From positions 1-26,806 of IMG/VR virus record IMGVR_UViG_3300037400_003307: 26,806 nt of DNA, one strand, 5' to 3'. This document shows, in pieces, positions 1 through 7,700 of the stretch (position 1 is its first letter; every line of letters starts with the position of its first letter). A program made the translations under genes and the position numbers. Source of the DNA: a virus. Below the pieces are notes generated by a model. The model saw nothing but the letters and a program-made list of their open reading frames with translations. It did not search any database and was not told where the DNA came from.

Positions 1-127
1 TGATTTTGATACTGGTTTCATTGTAATCATAATTAAAGACCTCCTGACTCCTTATAAATAAGCTTCTAGTCAAGAGGTCTTTAACCTCAATAAAGTATTG
101 AAAATCCTAGTTGGTGGAGCGTACGAG
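1..127. repeat. Terminal direct repeat; identical to 26680-26806 (circular-assembly overlap). Also contains the integrase start codon region (nt 1-30 are the reverse complement of ATGATTACAATGAAACCAGTATCAAAATCA)
   Basis: Base-by-base comparison by eye: 1-127 (tgattttgatactgg...ggagcgtacgag) equals 26680-26806, an offset of 26,679. Confidence 0.9.
35..82 (-). promoter_or_regulatory. Imperfect 15-bp inverted repeat (hairpin) between the tRNA-like segment and the int start. Its 3' arm on the minus-strand RNA carries the int Shine-Dalgarno. It may also terminate or insulate tRNA read-through after integration
   Basis: AAAGACCTCcTGACT (35-49), 18 nt, AGTCAaGAGGTCTTT (68-82); 14 of 15 positions complementary. 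On the minus strand the hairpin ends ...AGTCAGGAGGTCTTTAATTATG (int ATG). The same element recurs at 26714-26761. Confidence 0.5.
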
Positions 128-180
128 GCTCGAACTCGTGACCTCCTGACTGCCAGTCAGACTACCACTAAATTGAGCTC
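112..180 (-). other. tRNA-Ala(GGC)-like 3' segment (degenerate pseudo-tRNA); putative attP core
   Basis: The reverse complement reads GGAGCTCAATTTAGTGGTAG-TCTGA CTGGCAG TCAGG AGGTC ACGAG TTCGAGC CTCGT ACGCTCC A CCA. The anticodon arm (loop CTGGCAG, anticodon GGC), the 5-nt variable loop, the T arm (TTCGAGC loop), the 3' acceptor strand with U70, discriminator A and CCA are all canonical. The D-stem 3' strand is missing and only 5 of 7 acceptor pairs form, so it is not a functional tRNA. This is typical of a phage attP that rebuilds the 3' half of a host tRNA. Confidence 0.55.
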
Positions 181-325
181 CGATCGCTTAAATTTCAACA
201 AGACAGCTTGACTGATTTAGGACTATGACCTCTTGACTCTGGGCATTATAGCATACAAATGGTTTGGAGACCAGCACAAAAATAAACCTCTGACTCAAGA
301 CGAAAGCCCTTAAATTTCAAGCATT

Positions 326-1366
326 TTATCCATTATTTTGTATTAAAGTATTAAGTTGCTTTTTAATGTAATCTATATCTTGTTTTATCTTTTCTTGGTC
401 CGTCATATAAGTTTTAGTAAAATCTAATCTCATATTTGATATCTCAATTACAGATTCCTCTGGTTGTTTTGGATATCTAGTTATCTTAACAACTCTTTGT
501 TTCTGTTTAATCCTCTTGAGCTTATCAACCAAGAAAATAGTATCGCCTAAATTAACTTCATCTCCAATAGAAGAAAGCTTTAGCTTATAACTGCATTTAG
601 GCTGTGAAAGTTCTTCAAGATATAATTCAGCAGCCTTCTTTAAATCTTCAGCATACTCATACTTTTCATCGACCCATACCTTTTCGATGTATTTGTTTGT
701 GTATGTATTGTTAGTAAGATATTTCTTTCCTCCATTAACTGAAGATATATTAAGTCCGTCTTTTCCATAAGGATAGAGGACAGTGCAATACTCATATGAA
801 GATGATTGTTTGGATAATTGTTGAAGCTTTAATTCATTTGAATAATAAGTTCCTATTTGTTTACCCATTCTACCTTGATCGTAAATAATCACCTTCTTAT
901 TTTTTGTATCAAACCAAAACTCTTGATTGTTATCTGCGGCAATGGTCTTGATCATCTCAAAGCCTGACTTATTAGCTTCTTGATATGTGATCATTGTCCT
1001 ATTTTCACTCTGATAATCAATAGACCAATCTGGAGCTTGGCTAATACAGTATTCATATCCTTGCTGTAGGTTTAGCCTATACAAGTCAAATACTTCAAAA
1101 TTGATTCCAGCCAATTCTTCATAATTAGCAATGCAGAATACTTTAAAGAAAGAGTTATCATTCATAATTACTTCTTTAATTATATAACTGTAGTCTGCGG
1201 TCTCGAGGTAGTTTTCCTCTACTAAATTGGCTAAATTTATGTCATTAACTGGGGCATAAAACTCTAGGTTTCTTGTCCCTGTGGCTAATTGTTCAATAGT
1301 ATGAATATCTTGGCAGGAATCTAAAAGCATTAAAAAACGCTTATTAGTATCATATATTTTGAACAT
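326..1366 (-). CDS. Tail-tip protein, Tal-like (phage minor structural protein / prophage-tail N-terminal region only; no C-terminal lysin or fibre extension)
   Basis: The N-terminus MFKIYDTNKRFLMLLDSCQDIHTIEQLATGTRNLEFYAPVNDINLANLVEENYLETADYSYIIKEV follows the pattern of Gram-positive siphovirus Tal N-termini. It is the last gene of the tail module and its ATG overlaps the upstream stop (TAATG). Confidence 0.6.
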   Translation of the reverse strand: MFKIYDTNKRFLMLLDSCQDIHTIEQLATGTRNLEFYAPVNDINLANLVEENYLETADYSYIIKEVIMNDNSFFKVFCIANYEELAGINFEVFDLYRLNLQQGYEYCISQAPDWSIDYQSENRTMITYQEANKSGFEMIKTIAADNNQEFWFDTKNKKVIIYDQGRMGKQIGTYYSNELKLQQLSKQSSSYEYCTVLYPYGKDGLNISSVNGGKKYLTNNTYTNKYIEKVWVDEKYEYAEDLKKAAELYLEELSQPKCSYKLKLSSIGDEVNLGDTIFLVDKLKRIKQKQRVVKITRYPKQPEESVIEISNMRLDFTKTYMTDQEKIKQDIDYIKKQLNTLIQNNG

Positions 1367-1716
1367 TAGATATACCTCGCATTGTATTCAATTGAAATAT
1401 TAGCCAATGATCCACTAGGGATTGTAATTTCATTTACTCCTGGCTGTAACTTTGGGAATTCCCATCCATTATAATGACTAAAATAATCTTGGTCATTGAG
1501 AAGGACTTGTCTGTTCTCTCCATCAATGACCAAGACATCATTAGCATGAACCCCACTTACCTCTATAGGTTCATCACTCAATCCAGTAATAGAAAGAGTG
1601 ATGAAATCTACTTGAGGAATTATAGTTACTAGGCAAGGAGCTGGAGCAGTTCCATTATTTGTAATAGTGAAACTGCTACCATTATTATCGAATTCAATTG
1701 GATAATAATTCTCCAT
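1366..1716 (-). CDS. Distal tail protein (Dit) C-terminal domain encoded as a stand-alone 116-aa protein
   Basis: FTITNNGTAPAPCLVTII...DVLVIDGENRQVLLN...WEFPKLQPGVNEITI...ISIEYNARYI matches the characteristic C-terminal half of Sipho_tail/Dit proteins (N.G.a.P.i.i ... d.l.iD.e...v..n ... fp.L.pG.N.i ... ry). It has its own strong RBS (GGGAGG, 5 nt before the ATG), 11 nt after the giant ORF stop. Confidence 0.65.
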   Translation of the reverse strand: MENYYPIEFDNNGSSFTITNNGTAPAPCLVTIIPQVDFITLSITGLSDEPIEVSGVHANDVLVIDGENRQVLLNDQDYFSHYNGWEFPKLQPGVNEITIPSGSLANISIEYNARYI

Positions 1717-1727
1717 ATTTGCCTCCC

Positions 1728-4700
1728 TTATTCAACTATTGATAAGTTATTAGCTGTTTTCTTAAGCCAACCTATACCAGTATAAATCCAATCATGATCT
1801 GCATACATTACTGAAATAGCTGTAATTCTATCTCCATAATGATATTGATCAATCAAGTAATTATTATCCTCTATTGGATACTGGTAATAATTTGTATTAA
1901 CTGCTACAACATAATTAGTTCCATCTTCAACGGTTCTCTTATGTGTATTAGAATATGGAATCCAACCTTCACCAGTAAAGTATGCGGCAGGAGTTCCATC
2001 ATTAGTATAAGAAGCTGTGCAATAAGAAGTTAATACCATTGGATCTGTGCCATAATCAATTTCACTACCAACATTTTGGAAATATGGATCTTTTTCGCAA
2101 CGAATTATTTGTCCATTAATGGATCTGATACCAATAGTTTGCTTTTCAAATGTATAACTTATACTTTCTACTGCATATCCAGAAGTAATAATAGTAGCAT
2201 TATTTTCTGGAAGCCATTGATCTCCTGTATATAACCAACTACCTGATACTAAATTACTTTGCGGATCAGCATATCTTAAAACAGGAATTATTGTATTTTG
2301 ACGAATAGTTCTTACTCTATCTGCATAAGTATCTGGCCAATTATAAGTTTGAGTATCTGTAGAAATTTTATAAATTGAATTTATAGTTTCATACTCAAAT
2401 TCTTTATTGGCAAAATAATTGTATGCATTATTTTCATTAATTTCTTGGTTTCTCAAGAAAATTAAATCTTTACCATCTCTAGTTGGTTGAAGAGTTCCAG
2501 AATAAGAACTACTTGGTTTAATAGCTCCATCTGTTAATCTATAACTTCTAGCAAAATCTCCAGTTAATAAATCAAATAATCCATTATCTGGCATTCTTTC
2601 CTCTTGACCATTCCAATTGTATCTCACTCCTTTTGGAACTGGAACCCAATAGTGAATCATCATAAAGTTTTCATAAGCTATATTGTCATAAATAATACCT
2701 GATAAGTGTTGATAATCATCAGAACCTCCAATAACACTATTGGAGTATGGGTCTGCGGTCATTAGATATCTATCCGCACTACCTCTACCTAATGCATATC
2801 CTTTTAAGTTAGTATTATCATACATACGTAACCAATCTGAATCATACATAGATTGAGCTTGATCTTTTAATAAATAATATCTAGGTTCTTTATTAAGATA
2901 TTCATTTCCAATTCCAAGAACTAAAGTAGGACTTGATCTAAAGTTAGAAAATGTGTAGAAATAACTATCTCCAACTTCTGGATTATCTAATAAAGTTTGA
3001 ATATTACCACCTCTAGTATCCCAAGTTTTAATATAAGGCGGTATATAACCAGTAACATGTGTATTAGCAGCTTCATTATAAAGATCAGTTAACCAGTAGA
3101 AACTACCATTCCAAGATTTACTATAATAATATGAATCTTCAGAAGTGTCTAAAGTATCACTTGTTTTAACAAATGCTTTAGTAATTTCTCCTGAAGTATA
3201 AATATCGTAAATTGGATGTTCTGTATATTCTCCTGGTTCAAAATAATTATATGTTCCTGCCATATTAATACTTATTCCACGATTCTTAATATAATGAGTT
3301 TCATTACTACCTCCAGTATAATGAATAGTGTAATAAGTGCCTAAATAATTAGGCTGATTCCATAGCTTATAAGTATTAGGATCAAATGGTGGATATACAA
3401 CATATTGTGTTCCACATCTGACTAATTCATTAAAAGTAAATTTAATATTATCTTTATTCCAAGGTCTTGGATTCCAAAGATAAACACCATCGCCAAAGCC
3501 TAAAGGTTTATATAAATTTTTATCAAATCCAAAATAATCCCATGTTAAAGTTAATTCAGTATCTCTATAAAGAGTTGGTTCAATATCAACTGTAATAGTT
3601 CCACCATACTCTGAAATCAATTCATAATAAGCAGTATCTAAAGCTCTAACATAACCTACAATTGTAGTATCATTACAGTCTTGAACTGGATAAAATTGTT
3701 GCGTCATTTCTCCAGTAATACGTAAAACAGTTTTACCATCGCAATCATAATTAGTAACTGATTGTGAAGAATCATCTGGTTCAGAATAAATAACTAAATA
3801 ATGAGGATCAACTGTCTTACGAGTTTTTAAATATCCATAGTCAATTTGTTCTTCCTGTTGCCAAGAAGTTTCTATGAATTTATCCCAATCTGGGTTCCAA
3901 TCTGATATTGAACAAGTAAATGCGGCAGTGCCTAAAAGATTTACTGGAATAGTTTGATACTGATAATATTTGCAAGTATAACTATAAATTGTTTCAGGAT
4001 ATACAAACTCAATTTCATGTAAATCTGAAAGATTCGCATAAGATAAAGTAAGTTCTGGAACTGAAGCTTGATTATGGAATCTCAATTTATACTGCTGTGG
4101 ATATATTCCAACAGAAGATAAGGTAGGGTCTGAAAAATCAACTTCATCTAAATGAATTACATCAATTCCTAATCCATTATAAAGTTTACCTGCTTGATTA
4201 AATGAAATATCTTCATTCTTAATCCAACTATCTTGTGCTGGACAATAACACCATAACCTATCTATAGTCATTTTAGTTATTGTAATTTCAGAACCAAAAG
4301 GAATAGTAGCTGTTTCTTGATCAGCTACATCATAATCTGGATTCTGACCTGGACCAGTAACAGGATCAGTTTGGTTTAATAAAATCCATCCTGCTTGGTA
4401 TTCATCAAGTCTACCCCATCCATTCCTTTCTTCAGTAATAGTGTAATTATCATTTTCAATAATCATTGCTAAAGTTGGGAACTTGCGGGCTGGGCCTCTG
4501 TGGATACCAGCAAACTTATTTCTAACATACACTTGATAAGGAATGAAGTAGTCATAATCTTCATCCTCATATAAGGCTGTATGATAGTGGTTGTAATATT
4601 TAATAGCTCCATTTGGATTTAATACAACCGCATCTAAATCACAATCTAAATAGTTAGGACTATCTTCATTGACTGTAATTAAAGTATCATCATAAGCTCC

Positions 4701-7700
4701 TTGTCTATAATATTCTACATATAATAAATTTGGAGCTTCTTGTTTAGTTAATTTATCATATACAACAATTGGTGATGGAGCATCAATGAATGCTTCTATA
4801 TCATCATTTTCAATTATTGATTCATCAAATACTAATCTTCCATGAGCAAAGTCTTCATCATAGAATAAGTCAACGTCTATACCAAGATCATCTAAAGAAG
4901 TAGCATTTTGAATATCTTCTAATGAATAGAATATATCTCTAGAACCCACTCTTACATTATCTTTGTAATAAACAACTGTCTTTGTGAAGTTTCTTAACTT
5001 ATAATAAATATTCATTGCTCCCATCTCGTAGATGTTTGCAAGTGTCATATTTTGGAAGCTTAAATCAGTATCTAAATCTAATAATCCATCTAAATGGAAA
5101 TCATCAGGTTTATAATCATTAAATTGAAGAATATCTTCAATCTCTTCATTTGATTCATTATACCAAGTAGGAACATTTACAAATTGATTTGTAATAAATG
5201 AGTTATCATAATCATAATAGTTAGCTACTGTTTTACCATAGATAGTTGGATCTGGAATACAATTAAGCGGTAATACTTCATTTGCCTCAATATTTTGCAC
5301 TACATGAACTGCAGAAGTTTGAGGACCTAAATAACTATCATATGTATAACTTCCACCTTTATTACTATTTCCAAAGAATATTTCAGTAACTAAATCAAAT
5401 AATCCATTAGCTGGCATTACATAATCATAAATTTGATCTCCTTCAGCTACTGGAATAAGATTTCTTACCAATCTATCTTGATCATAAATCTTAATACCCC
5501 AAATTGCACAACCTGTCATTTGCGGGAAAGCTGGAGCTTGGAAACTAGCATAAAGAATATTTCTAGTTTGAGATTTTGTTTCAAAGATTGGTTGACCACT
5601 TCCATCTGTTCCTGTCATTACTAGAGAAGTAGTAGTTACAGATGTTGAAAAATCGTGATCATATGGATTTCCTAATGCATGACTAGAAAGATTCATACTA
5701 CCAGAAACACCAAGATAAGGCATTACCGTTGGATTAAACGGCATGATATTTACATTACCTGTATCAGGATTTGTAGTTTGGAATAATGATAATGTTCCTT
5801 TTGGCTGACAAATATTTTCAAATAATGGATTATCTTCTGATTCATCAAAATTATATACAGTAGGAGTATTGCTATCTCCATCTCTCCACTCTGAACCATA
5901 ACTATTATAAGCGTCAAGAATCATTGTATATGGATTACCACAAGCAGTTCTTTGTCTAGTTGTTCCACCAGTGGCTCTATTTATACACCAGTTAGGAATA
6001 TGATCACATTCTGGAAGATTCTTTAATATTTGAGATTCTACATCGGTTACATAATATGAATTAATATTTTCTTCATCCGTTCTAGTAAATCCATAATTAC
6101 TATAAGCTTTAATAACATTATAGTTATCATCATAATCACTATATTTACCTTTTCTATAAACGGCTTGAATACCTGTAAATCTTAATTTTGGCTGTCCAGA
6201 AATTACTGTAGCAGCATCTCCTGCTCTATAATAAGCTTGTCCATCAATTGTTTGTGGGCCAGCAGCTGTATATACATAACCACCAGCTTCTGGAACTCTA
6301 CATCTAAATGCAAAACATCCAGAAGAAGAAGGACTTATAGCAGATCCTCTAGGAGTTCCATTTGCAGAAGCAGAAATACTAATTCCACCCCTATCTCCTT
6401 CTTCAGTTCCTAAATAAGCTTCACCTAAAGCTCCATAGTAACCGAAGAAATAAGTATAAGCAAAATCTTGATACATATATTGTGCTGTATTAGTTCCAAT
6501 ACCCCAAGGTCTTGCATAACCTTTTAACTCAACTCTTAATCTGCTTATATCTTTTGGTTTGTATCCTAAATCAATATAAGGAATTTTTCCTCCATAAAAA
6601 CGATCGCTTCCATGAATATCATTAAAGTAATCTTCATCATTAACTTCACCCCAATAAAGAACCTTTTGTTCATATGATAAAGATTCTGGATCATGAGGTT
6701 GAGTCATTTCTTCATAAACTATTGCTACTTCTTCAATTGCGGCCAAGTCAGCAAATGTAGAATATGATGTAGAACTATTTTGAATCTGTCCACCATTACA
6801 ATTTGCAGGTTTATATTTATTAACATATCCATTAGGAATAGTATCAAGAATATAAATTGCAACTCCTGGTTCAAAGTCATCTATATTAATTCCCCAAGTG
6901 GTAGAAGCAATAAGATTTTCAGTATTGACAGAGTTTTTATAATAATTTACATCTAAATAAACCGTATCTACTAGATATACAATGGTATACATTTCTTTAA
7001 GTTTACTTGGATTATCAATCCTTTCATCCATCTCATACCACTGATATGGTTCACCATCTTTATAATAATTAGCTGGTTTATGAAGATTTTTATTTATATA
7101 AAAATCAATATATTCGCCATCTCTAAATTGAGTTTCATCGAATGTTAAAACTTCAGAAGCTATAGTTTCATAAGTTCTAATTCCATAAACTTTTTTAATA
7201 TAGCGAATAATTGTTGTATATGTTTCAAGCTCTCTGTCTGCTGCTTTATAAACAATCTCATATGGAGAATGATCAACAACTCTAGTAAGAGAAACTTTTG
7301 TGCCAGGATATTCGAAATCTGTCTCGAACCCCTCTGGCTTATATTTATTAATACGAACTATATCTCCAAAAGTAGGAGCTTGATAGAAATCTCTTTCGGA
7401 GATTCCAATAGTTTCTTCTTCGATAAGTGTTCTAACACCAACATTATTTTCAGTGTAATATTTAACAGTAATTGTATTAGCTTGTTCTGGATAAACAACT
7501 GTATAAACGGCATTGTTCATATTGTCGAAATCCCAAACTAAAGTAGAAGCATCTACAATTTCACCAGGTTTATAGTATGATGGTTGATATAAATCAATTT
7601 GGAACTTTTCATAAGGATCAAATATTTGATCAACAAAGTCACTTGCTCTAAAATAATAAGCAACACTTTGCATGAAAGTTTCACCCTTATAATAATTTAC

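Noticed and set aside
112-187. A functional phage-encoded tRNA gene
   Set aside because: The 3' two thirds are canonical, but the D-stem 3' strand is absent and neither possible 5' end forms a 7-bp acceptor stem (GGAGCTC gives 5 of 7 pairs; GCGATCG fails). It is better explained as an attP copy of a host tRNA 3' half.
1716-1745. Programmed -1 frameshift or read-through fusing the giant ORF to the 116-aa Dit C-domain ORF
   Set aside because: The 116-aa ORF is in the -1 frame, but that frame has a TGA overlapping the last sense codon of the giant ORF. No slippery heptamer is present, and the downstream ORF has its own strong GGGAGG RBS and ATG.
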